Of a stretch of DNA of 64,000 nucleotides, positions 1-9,601 are shown in pieces. The stretch lies in IMG/VR virus record IMGVR_UViG_3300007351_000496, one strand, 5' to 3'. Below the pieces are notes generated by a model. That model had not been told where the DNA came from. It saw only the letters and a program-made list of their open reading frames with translations, and made no database searches. Position numbers and translations under genes: made by a program. This DNA is from a virus. Every line of letters starts with the position of its first letter. The first letter of the stretch is position 1.

Positions 1-114
1 GATAATTGCGTTCATAGCGTGCCACAATAATATTATATATTAAGATCAACACCTCGCATACTATTATACAATCACTGTTTAAAAATAGTTCTCATACTAA
101 TGATCGATTCTGCC

Positions 115-813
115 CTAGCCTCCCTTCTTTTGACAAGTAATCATATAAAAGGGAGGGGGATTTCCGCCGGGATAAGAATAATTTAGAATATTAAATTTTT
201 CTTGTAATGCTGCGTCTAAGTTAATATTTCCAGTAATCACCAATATAAAAATTCCATTGTTTTTCAAAAGGGCAGACACGACAGAAATATTGTCTCTAAG
301 ATTTTGTCTATCAAACCAGAAAAAGGATCCGTTAGAAATAGCGACATTAAAAGAGTCTCCTCTCAAAAAAGATGAAAGTTCTCGATGACTACTTCTAAGA
401 AATGAGATATTATTTAGCCCAAGCCTCACTGCACGATCCTGCGCGATTTTTAGCATTTTTTCAGAAATATCAGTTGCAATAAATTGTGAATTTGGAAAGT
501 GTGTAGCTAAAAAACAAGTATCCAGTCCAATACCACATCCCAAATCCAATATTTCGCTATGTGGATTAGTATCTTGTAATTCTGTGCATACTTTAGCTAA
601 AACTGCTCCATGTATTGCTGGTTTAAATAGAAACCTAAAATATAATGGGGCTAGACGATCATATAAATCTCTTAATTCTCCTTCTGTTTTCCATTCTTCT
701 GCATAAATAGCTATCGCTTTTCGTTTATCAGATTTAGGTCTTTTTGGCTCAAAACCTTTTTCCTTTTGATAAAAATTTTGAATTAATCGGTAATAATCTT
801 GGTATGAATGCAT
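115..813 (-). CDS. Class I SAM-dependent methyltransferase
   Basis: Motif I ILDLGCGIG, then ATDISEKML and AISNGSF; lies in the sugar-modification cluster. Confidence 0.85.
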   Translation of the reverse strand: MHSYQDYYRLIQNFYQKEKGFEPKRPKSDKRKAIAIYAEEWKTEGELRDLYDRLAPLYFRFLFKPAIHGAVLAKVCTELQDTNPHSEILDLGCGIGLDTCFLATHFPNSQFIATDISEKMLKIAQDRAVRLGLNNISFLRSSHRELSSFLRGDSFNVAISNGSFFWFDRQNLRDNISVVSALLKNNGIFILVITGNINLDAALQEKFNILNYSYPGGNPPPFYMITCQKKGG

Positions 814-950
814 GATACATAAAGGATATCAAATAACTCTGATTGGTAAATTCCAACGTCGCATATCCAACCCCTCAAATAAACTTCAACTCATCATTCG
901 TCATATTAGTTTTCCTACAAGGTTTCCTCTATTCATATTATCTCATTCAT

Positions 951-1913
951 CTATTTTACATCTAATGTTGCATACCCAATACCAGTCTCACCAAAATTAT
1001 TGCCATTGTAAAACATGTACAGCATATCGTCGTGTGGCACAACATGCGGATAGCACATCATCGTCGAATCAAAAGCATCCTCGGCAGAAATCACTAAATT
1101 AACACACTCATCTTTTCGAACCCATGGTAATAAATCATTCGCTGCTTCAGCGTAACCAATTCGATATGAGTTATCAGGGTTTGTTCGAAAATCTGTTTTT
1201 TTTCGATAAGAATACCACATTCTAGATTTTTTCACTAATGCAGGGGGATGATCGACAGTTAAAAGGACAGACGCTCGAACAATGCCGCCTTCATCATCGC
1301 GTAACTTAATAATGCTCATCGGATCACTCCAATGCGTTTCTCCGTCGGGAGACACCCTATATTTGATGTCATACATTGGTTCAGGTGGGTTAGTGTCAGT
1401 CCAACCCACAGCTGACATATACCAAAGACGAAACATTCCGTTGAAATACTCGACGCATGAAGTGCCAGTAAAGAACGGTTCGTTAATGTCAGTGCTTAAT
1501 ACTGGGCCCGGTGAACCACCATGCACAGGTCGTGCTTTTTTAAAAGTTTCTCCACCATCATAACTAATGGCTAATCCAATAGAATTTTGATAAGGGACAT
1601 CCTTGCGTTGAGCCCATCCAATATAATAAAGCCAGACCTGCTCCCTTGTTGGATGTTCCATAACCCAAGATGGCATAATTCCGGATTGATCAAATGCTCC
1701 TAACTCTCCCCACGGTAATACAGATTCTTTGTGCTCATACAAAATATTCTTTGGATTACCAGCCTCTACGTCAATATAACGAATAAAACTTTTATTTTCT
1801 AAACGATCGGCAAAGAATATTCGCCAAACTTTTTCTGATTTTTTAAATACTGTTGGAACTTGAGCGCGTGTTGTATATATTTGTCCTTGTTTTATCCAAT
1901 TTTGATTATTCAT
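951..1913 (-). CDS. Beta-propeller glycoside hydrolase-like protein (GH32/GH130-like fold) of glycan clusters
   Basis: Repeated blades (WLYYIGW..NSIGLAIS.DGG, FRLWY..Y..S.DG, RIGYAE, LYMFYNGNNFGETGIGYA); adjacent to WbqC and acetyltransferase genes. Confidence 0.7.
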   Translation of the reverse strand: MNNQNWIKQGQIYTTRAQVPTVFKKSEKVWRIFFADRLENKSFIRYIDVEAGNPKNILYEHKESVLPWGELGAFDQSGIMPSWVMEHPTREQVWLYYIGWAQRKDVPYQNSIGLAISYDGGETFKKARPVHGGSPGPVLSTDINEPFFTGTSCVEYFNGMFRLWYMSAVGWTDTNPPEPMYDIKYRVSPDGETHWSDPMSIIKLRDDEGGIVRASVLLTVDHPPALVKKSRMWYSYRKKTDFRTNPDNSYRIGYAEAANDLLPWVRKDECVNLVISAEDAFDSTMMCYPHVVPHDDMLYMFYNGNNFGETGIGYATLDVK

Positions 1914-1943
1914 TTAGGTAGTTCTTTATTCATATTATGGATA

Positions 1944-2612
1944 TTATGGATTTAGATCCATCGATGATTTGTTTTCTATTAATTTAGCAGGCAACCCCAT
2001 ATACGCTTTCCAAGCTTCAGTATCTTTTGTCACACAAGCTCCCATTGAAACTAAGGTGCCTTCAGCTATTTTTAGCCCATCTCTGATGGTTGAATTTACC
2101 CCAAACCAACTGTAAGGCTCAACAATACAATGTCCCGACAAAACCACATGAGAAGTGAAAAAAACATTATCATGAATAACAGAATGATGCCCGATGTGGT
2201 TTCCGCTCCACATCGTCACATTATTACCAATGCGAACATAAGGTTGTATTGTATTGTCCTCTAGAATAAAACAATTCTCACCAACCTTGGTATCAAAAAT
2301 AGTGGCTTTAGAGCTAACATAAGAGATAAATTGATATCCTTTTTGCTTCGCTGCTAAGTACACTTCCTCACGAAACTGATTCATCTTGGAACCAGTAATA
2401 GGTGCAAAGAATTTATATTCTTTCGGGCTATAGATCTCGTCAACTCTTTCAAATGGGACAATAGGCACTCCCATAAAAGTTTGTTCATCTGATAAATATG
2501 CTTGATGTGCTGTAAAAGCAGCAACCTCGTAAATATCATCATGCTCTAAATAGTACTTAGCAAGCTGTGCTAAGTCACGCAAACCAAAAATAATAACTTT
2601 AGGAGCCGCCAT
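1944..2612 (-). CDS. NeuD/PglD-like sugar acyltransferase (left-handed beta-helix)
   Basis: N-terminal IIFG Rossmann-like segment, then hexapeptide repeats (VGENCFILEDNTIQPYVRIGNNV, IGHHSVIHDNVF). Confidence 0.9.
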   Translation of the reverse strand: MAAPKVIIFGLRDLAQLAKYYLEHDDIYEVAAFTAHQAYLSDEQTFMGVPIVPFERVDEIYSPKEYKFFAPITGSKMNQFREEVYLAAKQKGYQFISYVSSKATIFDTKVGENCFILEDNTIQPYVRIGNNVTMWSGNHIGHHSVIHDNVFFTSHVVLSGHCIVEPYSWFGVNSTIRDGLKIAEGTLVSMGACVTKDTEAWKAYMGLPAKLIENKSSMDLNP

Positions 2613-3319
2613 TACACTAATGTATATGCGGAGACTAATTTATGTAAAGTTTGGGGTTCACAAAACATTAGTGCATCAATAATACTCAGACCTGGGACAA
2701 AGGCATTTTCAAATTGTTTATATGGAAGTAGCTCTGGTTTGATAAAAAATAAATTGATACCCTGCGCCTTAAATGATTCCTTAGTGTACAAACTTTGACC
2801 ACCAACAGCATTAATATAAGTGCCATCATATTCCTTTTTACAGATATCTATTAATCGGTGTTCTTTACGCAGATTATGATTACCATATGTACTACTGTTT
2901 ATAAAATCAGGCCAAATACCAAGATAAGGGCTCAAAAATTTAATAGATGTCTCTGCTAACTTTGCAATCGAATCCCCCGGTTTAGCTTGATCTAATATGT
3001 GTTTCATCATGTTAAGAGTTATCTCATAAAAAGGAGCCTTTGCATATATTGTATGAAGCGTTTTATAAAAGTTGTCTTTCCAAACAGGAAAGGTTTCGTG
3101 TAAATAATGATCTAGAATTGTTCTATTCTGGCTAACATTTGCAAGTGGGATAGTAAATAGTGAGTCGTTGCCGTTAGTGTCCAATATTCTATTTCTGTTA
3201 ATCCATCCCTTTTTAATAAATGAAACATCTTCTAAGAACACAAATTTAGTTGAAGCATGTATGAGTTGAAAGTACCCTATGTATGGAAATACATAGGGTT
3301 GATTAACAGCGATCGTCAT
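2612..3319 (-). CDS. wbqC: WbqC-family protein (putative glycyl/acyl transferase for amino sugars)
   Basis: QPYVFPYIGYFQLI, WINRNRI, KEHRLIDICK, YINAVGG.SLY, PGLSIIDALM are WbqC signatures. Confidence 0.9.
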   Translation of the reverse strand: MTIAVNQPYVFPYIGYFQLIHASTKFVFLEDVSFIKKGWINRNRILDTNGNDSLFTIPLANVSQNRTILDHYLHETFPVWKDNFYKTLHTIYAKAPFYEITLNMMKHILDQAKPGDSIAKLAETSIKFLSPYLGIWPDFINSSTYGNHNLRKEHRLIDICKKEYDGTYINAVGGQSLYTKESFKAQGINLFFIKPELLPYKQFENAFVPGLSIIDALMFCEPQTLHKLVSAYTLV

Positions 3320-5319
3320 TTTTCGTCTTTAGAAATAGGTTTATAAATATATGGATTTGGATATTTTCGTGTAATAAAATCTTCATCATTTAAATCGTTA
3401 TATCTAAAATGTGCGGACCACCGCACTGAATCAGTGATGTTATTACCAGATCGGTGAACCAAATACGTCGAAAAAATTAATATATCTCCCACGTCTAACT
3501 CTACATCTAGAAAATCCGCGTCTTTACAACCGTCAACTAATCCAAACCCCTCTTCTGCGTAATTGGCTAGTATCCCATTTGTATGACTTCGAGGAATAAT
3601 CTGTAAGGCACCTAACTCTTTAGTCACGTTTATTAATGGTAGCCATACCACAACAGAGTTAACAGAACCTTGAGTGCTATAAATATCCTGATGTGGGGGT
3701 ATAGTATGATAAATATCCTTAGTTGCTAAATGTTTTGAATTAAAAAAAACAGTCGGTCTAGTTGAAATATTAGGAAATTCCAAGCCCAGATCTTTTAATT
3801 TTCTCACCAACTTACCGTGTACACCTAAACGGTGTAACGATACCAAATGTTGAACTTGCTTTCCACAATTTATAAAACATGTAATATCATCTCGAAATAA
3901 GCTAAATAAATTTTTTTCAAAATTCTCGTCACCCAAAATATAATTTTTACATTGAAATTGATTTTCGAATATTCTCTTAGCATCTGTATAAATTTTATTT
4001 ATACGTTCCTTACTAAAGAAATTTTTAATAATCAAATATCCAGCTTCTTTAAGTAACTTTTGCTCATAATCTTTTTCAAACTCCCATTTGTAATTTTTAT
4101 ACATCCTTGTCTTTCCTTTGCATGCTAAACTTATACCTCCTCGTTCAAAATTTAATTTCTGTGTAATTTCAGTAATAGATTGCCATCTTTTAATAAGAGT
4201 TCCATCTAACTTTAACTGAACAACTGCCTTGGTGTTTGCGACACTAAAAGCAGCTTTGATGTCAAACCCATCATTCAATTGAAAATTTTTATATCTAATT
4301 CCGGTAATTAAACCATGAATTGTAGCTGAATCTACTCTATATTTTTGAGCAAAATCGTTTTCTAATTCAGCTAGACAAGCATACTCAGACAAATCCAATT
4401 GTCTAATTTCTTGTAAAATTTGCGTAGCAACTTGTGCTGATAAGTGACTATTATTACTATAGGCGACAGCGTCATTGCCATTTGAACTCATATCTCCTTC
4501 AAAAAGATGATCTGGATTTACATCGTTAATAGCAGGTTTGTCAAAAAAATATGGAGAATTCTCAGGAAATCGATGGCACGTAACTCCCACATCTTCATAT
4601 TTTTTTCCTAATTTATTTGCGAGTATCAATTTTGCCAAAGTATAAATTTTTTCATTTATTCTAATTCGTGGGTAACTACGTCTAGAAGAATTTGTTGGGT
4701 ACAACCATTCTTCTTTTTCTGAGATAAAAATTCTTTTTTGAACTAATCCTAATAAAGCTGGATAATCATAGGGATCTTTCAATCTAAAATTATCTAAGAT
4801 TCTTTTTTCACCTATTTTTACCCTTCCTCTACTCTGCATATCATCAGAATTATCTTTTTTAGTTCCTTGCCGTAAATGTTTTGGGTTAAAACATTTCTCA
4901 TTGTCACAACTATGCAGTACACATAAATTCGGTTTCAACTTTTCTACAAATAATTCATAAACAACGCGGGCTAATAAAAATGTACGTCCTTTATATCGAA
5001 TTTGAGGTCTACCATCTAGGTTAGCTTTTATATTATTAGTAGTCCAACAACCATTTTCATCGATTTCAGCTATGTTTTCAATATGCTTTTTAAGATCATC
5101 ATCGGTCATACCAGATTCCCGTGACACCGGATTTCCGCTTAGAATATTTAATTCTCGAATTCCACCAAATAATAATTTGACTGTATCTTTTGATATCCCA
5201 TATTGTATCAGATCTTTATTAGTAAGTGCTTTTCCAGTTCTAAAAAAAATAGTTTTAGCTAAAGTAATTAATACTTCCTTTTGTTCATTAATTTCACTAG
5301 AATTCACTTCAGACGACAT
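3316..5319 (-). CDS. HNH/NUMOD1 homing endonuclease in frame with a PhyH-like Fe(II)/2-oxoglutarate dioxygenase
   Basis: N-part: VLHSCDNEKCFNPKHLRQGTKKDN, a second degenerate DVNPDHL, NUMOD1-like end. C-part: EAGYLIIKNF, PPHQD, VVVWLPL, GALQIIPRSH, LVHRSGNN. Confidence 0.85.
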   Translation of the reverse strand: MSSEVNSSEINEQKEVLITLAKTIFFRTGKALTNKDLIQYGISKDTVKLLFGGIRELNILSGNPVSRESGMTDDDLKKHIENIAEIDENGCWTTNNIKANLDGRPQIRYKGRTFLLARVVYELFVEKLKPNLCVLHSCDNEKCFNPKHLRQGTKKDNSDDMQSRGRVKIGEKRILDNFRLKDPYDYPALLGLVQKRIFISEKEEWLYPTNSSRRSYPRIRINEKIYTLAKLILANKLGKKYEDVGVTCHRFPENSPYFFDKPAINDVNPDHLFEGDMSSNGNDAVAYSNNSHLSAQVATQILQEIRQLDLSEYACLAELENDFAQKYRVDSATIHGLITGIRYKNFQLNDGFDIKAAFSVANTKAVVQLKLDGTLIKRWQSITEITQKLNFERGGISLACKGKTRMYKNYKWEFEKDYEQKLLKEAGYLIIKNFFSKERINKIYTDAKRIFENQFQCKNYILGDENFEKNLFSLFRDDITCFINCGKQVQHLVSLHRLGVHGKLVRKLKDLGLEFPNISTRPTVFFNSKHLATKDIYHTIPPHQDIYSTQGSVNSVVVWLPLINVTKELGALQIIPRSHTNGILANYAEEGFGLVDGCKDADFLDVELDVGDILIFSTYLVHRSGNNITDSVRWSAHFRYNDLNDEDFITRKYPNPYIYKPISKDEK

Positions 5320-5321
5320 GT

Positions 5322-5972
5322 CTACTCTTTTTCCTTTTTAACGTAAACTGTATATTCATATAGACCATAATCATTTCTGATCACAAAATCCCTAGTAATA
5401 TCTTTACAGAGAAAATTGGCCATTTCATCCATAGGTAAATGAAACAATTCATTTCTTTCCCAATCAACTTGCTTACTCATAACGTTGAATGCGAGGCCAA
5501 CTCTTATTTTAGGCCACAAACTTTTAATTGTACTTTTAAAAAACTCAAGCATTTGTTCGTGGGTCAATCCAATTTTCATTGTAAAAACTCCGTTGAGAAC
5601 AGCATAATCATACGTTTCTAACCGTGCTGCATTTTCAATGACATCCAATTGAATAAATTGGGTGTCTGAATACTTTTTTTTACAGTAATCAATAAACTTT
5701 GGACTGATATCTGCGCCGATGTATTCGAGATTAGTGAACTTACCCTTAGCTTGTTCATTTCTAATAAAATCTAAAAGCAGGGCCGTTCCGCAACCAAAAT
5801 CTAATAGTTTGACTTTGCGCCACAATGGAGTTTGTCGAGGGGCGGTTAAATCAAGCATTACTCGAAATCGTTTCTCCAAATCATCCATATTTGGCCAATC
5901 AACCCCTTTTGGGGTGTCGCCAAAAGTTTCAAAACATTTCTCGTAGTGTCGATAAATTTGATGATAATCCAT
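5322..5972 (-). CDS. SAM-dependent methyltransferase
   Basis: LLDFGCGTA, YIGADISPKFI, YAVLNGVF; N-terminal GDTPKGVDWPN typical of glycan-cluster methyltransferases. Confidence 0.85.
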   Translation of the reverse strand: MDYHQIYRHYEKCFETFGDTPKGVDWPNMDDLEKRFRVMLDLTAPRQTPLWRKVKLLDFGCGTALLLDFIRNEQAKGKFTNLEYIGADISPKFIDYCKKKYSDTQFIQLDVIENAARLETYDYAVLNGVFTMKIGLTHEQMLEFFKSTIKSLWPKIRVGLAFNVMSKQVDWERNELFHLPMDEMANFLCKDITRDFVIRNDYGLYEYTVYVKKEKE

Positions 5973-6718
5973 TAAAACCCTCCGTGCTGCTTAATTATGT
6001 CAGGAATTGTAACGATACTATTTTCCGCGTCATTCCACCAAGCCTCAAACTGATCATACAGATAAAAGTTTTGATTTCCACCGCCGACTGGCTTGTTACC
6101 CGAATTCACATTCTTAAGGTTCATTCCATAACAATATAGATAATCTATTTTATGTAAGTGTATTAGATACAAATCTTCAAACCGATTTAATGGCCGATCA
6201 GACTTAACCCATTCTGGGTCATATAAACCATGGGCTCCAGGACCCCAAGAAATCTTATCGAAGTCGATGGCTGGTTTGTCATATGGGTTTGCTCGGCACC
6301 AATACGAACGTTGGGCTAGAATTGATTTATTAAAATCAATCGCTGTTTCAGCTTTTCTATTTTGAACTATTTCATATCCTGTACAAGTCGCAAATCGTAA
6401 TCCATGACAGTTATCAATAAATTTATCTAAGCCACTTGGATGATAAATAATCTCATCGTAATCCGCATACATTACACTATCGTATATAGTAAATAATGAA
6501 TTTTTAAACTCTGTTAAGTAACCATAATTTCCTATGTCATATATATTTCGACCACACCTTATAACATTACACGTCAAATCTTTGATGTAACTTTCTGGAC
6601 TATTAAAACTTAATATGTAAATATCAGAGTCATTAAAAAATTTGCGGTAGTAGCAATACCAAATTTTAAAAAATTCGTGTCCATCTGCAATGATGGTAAT
6701 AATTGCTTTACGTTTCAT
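5972..6718 (-). CDS. GT-A fold glycosyltransferase (GT2-like), paralog of 8411-9178
   Basis: DXD motif in VMYADYDEIIYHP; W..YYR.FF..DIY and IHLHKID shared with the paralog. Confidence 0.75.
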   Translation of the reverse strand: MKRKAIITIIADGHEFFKIWYCYYRKFFNDSDIYILSFNSPESYIKDLTCNVIRCGRNIYDIGNYGYLTEFKNSLFTIYDSVMYADYDEIIYHPSGLDKFIDNCHGLRFATCTGYEIVQNRKAETAIDFNKSILAQRSYWCRANPYDKPAIDFDKISWGPGAHGLYDPEWVKSDRPLNRFEDLYLIHLHKIDYLYCYGMNLKNVNSGNKPVGGGNQNFYLYDQFEAWWNDAENSIVTIPDIIKQHGGF

Positions 6719-7799
6719 TAACTACCTTGGCAATGAATTCTATGTCAGTGGCCTCTAATGTTTGATAACAGGGCAAACAAATTACTTGTTCTGCCAACAT
6801 ATCGGCTACTGGATAATGCTTTACATTTTTTCGTTTCTTATAAAGTGGATGTAAATGGAGTGGTTTATAGTACTGTCGAAATCCTATCTCGCTTTTACTT
6901 AATCTATGCTTAAGAGCATCTATATCTCCTAAGTACCGAAATGGATAGAACGGGTACGTATGCAACTCAACTGCGGCATGATTCTGTAGCCAGATTTTTT
7001 TATTATCTTTAAACAATTCATTATATATCGATGCTAAAAATCTTCTTTTTTTGAGTATTTCTGCATTAATGTCTAACACGGCAAGCCCCACGGCAGCCTG
7101 AAAATCTGACATTTTAGCGTTAGTGCCAATCATATCAGTTTCCGCATTCTCATTTAATCCAAAATTGGATAGCCTCCGACACTTTTGTAAAAATTTTGCG
7201 TCTTTAGAAACTACTAATCCTCCTTCGCCGACCCCTAGACTTTTTGTGATATGCAAAGAGTATATTTCACAAATTCCTGAATTTTCCGGTGTATATCCAA
7301 ATGGATATACTGCGCCAAAAGCAGCGGCAGAATCAAAAATTAACTGGATATCATGTTTTTTACAAAACCTAATATAGGGTAATGGATCAGTAACCAATCC
7401 TAACGGATGAACAACTATCATAGCAGCTGTGCGTTTATTTCGTCTCCTTTGTGCATCACCTAAACACAAGTGCCAAGTATCGGGGTTTGAATCGACAAGA
7501 ATTGCGCGATAACCTAATCGCTCAACGGCGTGAGCCGTTGCTGCGAAAGTAAACGTAGGAACTAAGATTTCAGCGTCAGCCTCTAAGTCTAGAGCCATTA
7601 AAGCAAGTTCTAAACCCAATGTTGCATTGCAGCATGTCAATGGCTCATTGCTAAGTTTTAGTGCTTCTTTAATACGAGTTTGAAATAATTCAACCGCAGG
7701 CCCGAAGTTGCAAAATATGCTTTTTTCATAAGAAGTATCCAGATATTTGATCCACTCACCAGGCAATGGTGGTGACGGTTTGATAAGTGGGTAACGCAT
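6708..7799 (-). CDS. DegT/DnrJ/EryC1/StrS PLP-dependent sugar aminotransferase
   Basis: CCNATLGLELAL, ILVPTFTFAAT, LIFDSAAAFG, SLHITKSLGVGEGG (PLP Lys), NAKMSDFQAA. Confidence 0.95.
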   Translation of the reverse strand: MRYPLIKPSPPLPGEWIKYLDTSYEKSIFCNFGPAVELFQTRIKEALKLSNEPLTCCNATLGLELALMALDLEADAEILVPTFTFAATAHAVERLGYRAILVDSNPDTWHLCLGDAQRRRNKRTAAMIVVHPLGLVTDPLPYIRFCKKHDIQLIFDSAAAFGAVYPFGYTPENSGICEIYSLHITKSLGVGEGGLVVSKDAKFLQKCRRLSNFGLNENAETDMIGTNAKMSDFQAAVGLAVLDINAEILKKRRFLASIYNELFKDNKKIWLQNHAAVELHTYPFYPFRYLGDIDALKHRLSKSEIGFRQYYKPLHLHPLYKKRKNVKHYPVADMLAEQVICLPCYQTLEATDIEFIAKVVNET

Positions 7800-7845
7800 T
7801 TTCTACATGGTAGAGATGAAATAGTAGTTTTCAACAAATGCACGA

Positions 7846-8052
7846 TTACATTAATAACACGTTAAAGGTCATCGGATCACGCAATGGAGGCATCAATCTA
7901 CTTGGATAACGTAAATAGGGAAATCTTGATGAATATTTCATCAACTCTGGAATATACCCAACTTCCAATTCTTCGAAACGATCGTCTTCAGTATCACCGA
8001 TATTTCCAGGACGACGTTGAATTTTATAGATGGATAAATAACCAGGACGCAT
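7846..8052 (-). CDS. Small hypothetical protein
   Basis: 68-aa ORF filling the gap between the aminotransferase and the tRNA promoter. Confidence 0.35.
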   Translation of the reverse strand: MRPGYLSIYKIQRRPGNIGDTEDDRFEELEVGYIPELMKYSSRFPYLRYPSRLMPPLRDPMTFNVLLM

Positions 8053-8073
8053 AATTTATTTTAGCAAAGTGTA

Positions 8074-8101
8074 TTGACATCTTTAAAAAGTCGCATATAA
8101 T
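8074..8101 (+). promoter_or_regulatory. Consensus sigma70 promoter for the tRNA cluster
   Basis: TTGACA (8074-8079), 16 nt, TATAAT (8096-8101), 10 nt upstream of tRNA-Met. Confidence 0.85.
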
Positions 8102-8111
8102 GATATAACAT

Positions 8112-8185
8112 CGCGGGATAGAGCAGCCAGGTAGCTCGTCAGGCTCATAACCTGAAGGCCGTGGGTTCGAATCCCTCTCCCGCTA
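8112..8185 (+). tRNA. tRNA-Met (CAT), initiator-like; CCA not encoded
   Basis: CGCGGGA/TCCCGCT acceptor with unpaired position 1:72, anticodon arm TCAGG-CTCATAA-CCTGA, T loop TTCGAAT. Confidence 0.92.
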
Positions 8186-8259
8186 TTACGGGCCGTTGTA
8201 ATTTGGTTACCCAAGAAAAGTGTATGACCCAAATTACGCAACTTGCTCGTTCAAAATTA

Positions 8260-8333
8260 GGGGCCGTAGCACAATTGGGAGTTGCATCTGGTTTGCAACC
8301 AGAGGGTTGAGGGTTCAAATCCCTTCGGTTCCA
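8260..8333 (+). tRNA. tRNA-Ala (TGC)
   Basis: GGGGCCG/CGGTTCC acceptor with G3:U70 identity pair, anticodon arm TCTGG-TTTGCAA-CCAGA, T loop TTCAAAT. Confidence 0.92.
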
Positions 8334-8336
8334 TCG

Positions 8337-8410
8337 CGGGAAGTAGCTCAACTTGGAAGAGCACTAGCTTTGGGAGCTAGGGGCTGCAGGTTCAAATCCT
8401 GTCTTCCCGA
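8337..8410 (+). tRNA. tRNA-Pro (TGG)
   Basis: CGGGAAG/CTTCCCG acceptor, anticodon arm CTAGC-TTTGGGA-GCTAG, T loop TTCAAAT. Confidence 0.92.
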
Positions 8411-9178
8411 TCAAACTACTACTTTCATATAAGACGGAAGTAGAGTTATTTTTGGAGCAACTGCTCCAAACCACTGTTTGATCTCATCACGTTCCAATTG
8501 ATTATGAAAACCACCTATAGTCGCTTGACTTTTCCGTGTTGAATTAGCTTTCTTTAACTTTACACAATGTTCAAAGTCTATCTTATGAAGATGAATCAAC
8601 AACAAATTATCTAAATATTTCGGTTTAAGAACACAATTTTCTGTTCTTGAAGTGTTACCTTTGACGATTTCTCGCTCTTGAATAATACTATGATTCCCAT
8701 GTGCCCACTTAACATCGATCGCAGTAATTAAACTTTTATCATACATTGGGCATCGATACCAATAATTCCTCTGCTTCAACAACGGTTCATTCCAATTAAT
8801 GGGGGGCTCTTTTTCAATTTTATGGACAACTTCATAGCCCTGCGTTGTATAATAATCCCACCCAAGGTTAAGAACATAATTTAGTCCCTTGGGGTGATAA
8901 ACGATCTCATCGTAATCTGCGTACATAACATAATTATAAGTATCCAATAATTTTGTCTTAAGATCATTTATTAATTTATTACCAACAGGCACGTCTTCAA
9001 TAGCCGCTTGATCCACAGAAATTATATTACAATTCATACCGCTTAATGAATTATCAGTACTTTGATAATCAAATATATAAATATCTTTCGCATCAAAAAA
9101 CTGCCGATAATATCGCCACCAAACCTTGATAAATTCGTTACCATTCTGAACTATTGTAAGTAATGCTGAGTTGCCCAT
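8411..9178 (-). CDS. GT-A fold glycosyltransferase (GT2-like), paralog of 5972-6718
   Basis: VMYADYDEIVYHPKGL, GYEVV, LLIHLHKIDF. Confidence 0.75.
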   Translation of the reverse strand: MGNSALLTIVQNGNEFIKVWWRYYRQFFDAKDIYIFDYQSTDNSLSGMNCNIISVDQAAIEDVPVGNKLINDLKTKLLDTYNYVMYADYDEIVYHPKGLNYVLNLGWDYYTTQGYEVVHKIEKEPPINWNEPLLKQRNYWYRCPMYDKSLITAIDVKWAHGNHSIIQEREIVKGNTSRTENCVLKPKYLDNLLLIHLHKIDFEHCVKLKKANSTRKSQATIGGFHNQLERDEIKQWFGAVAPKITLLPSYMKVVV

Positions 9179-9185
9179 AAAACAA

Positions 9186-9209
9186 ATAGGAGGGGTTGCC
9201 CCCTCCTAT
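9186..9209 (-). terminator. Intrinsic terminator
   Basis: 10-bp stem ATAGGAGGGG/CCCCTCCTAT, 4-nt loop, T-rich tail on the minus strand after 9237-9551. Confidence 0.75.
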
Positions 9210-9236
9210 CATACCTAAGTCAACAGTTTTCAGCTA

Positions 9237-9551
9237 TTAGCTATTAACAGTTTCCTCGGATTCAACTTCGACGTTGCTTTCATCCGAGTCTTCATCTTTT
9301 GAATCCAACTTATTAAGAGCCTCCGTCCAAGATGTCCGCAACTCAGTAAACTCCTGATCGAACTTCTCTAGAAGTTGTTTAGCCAACTCTGGATCGATTG
9401 TATAGGTGTAACCCTTAGTTAAATTAGTAAGCAAATTAATATATTTGCTAAACTTTACACCACGATCCTTTGCGAGTCGAACAAACTTATCCTGTTTTGA
9501 CTCCCCGGGGACTGCTTTCTTTGCTTTAGGTTTCTTAGTTGAACTAGCCAT
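9237..9551 (-). CDS. Small basic/acidic helical hypothetical protein
   Basis: ESKQDKFVRLA..R pattern seen in small phage proteins; GGAG RBS upstream. Confidence 0.7.
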   Translation of the reverse strand: MASSTKKPKAKKAVPGESKQDKFVRLAKDRGVKFSKYINLLTNLTKGYTYTIDPELAKQLLEKFDQEFTELRTSWTEALNKLDSKDEDSDESNVEVESEETVNS

Positions 9552-9601
9552 TTTTTACTCCTGAGTGCAATTTAAAACATATATTTAATCGCGCAAGAAG
9601 C

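Noticed and set aside
1-15. Possible start (MNAII) of another glycosyltransferase-like gene running off the left edge
   Set aside because: Five codons are too few to support a call.
3316-5319. Intein or group I intron explaining the HNH-PhyH fusion
   Set aside because: The nuclease begins at Met1 with no N-extein, the junction lacks His-Asn-Cys/Ser/Thr, and only 2 nt separate it from the upstream stop.
8186-8259. A fourth tRNA in the spacer
   Set aside because: No TTC T-loop, D-arm or cloverleaf; it folds as one hairpin (kept as a finding).
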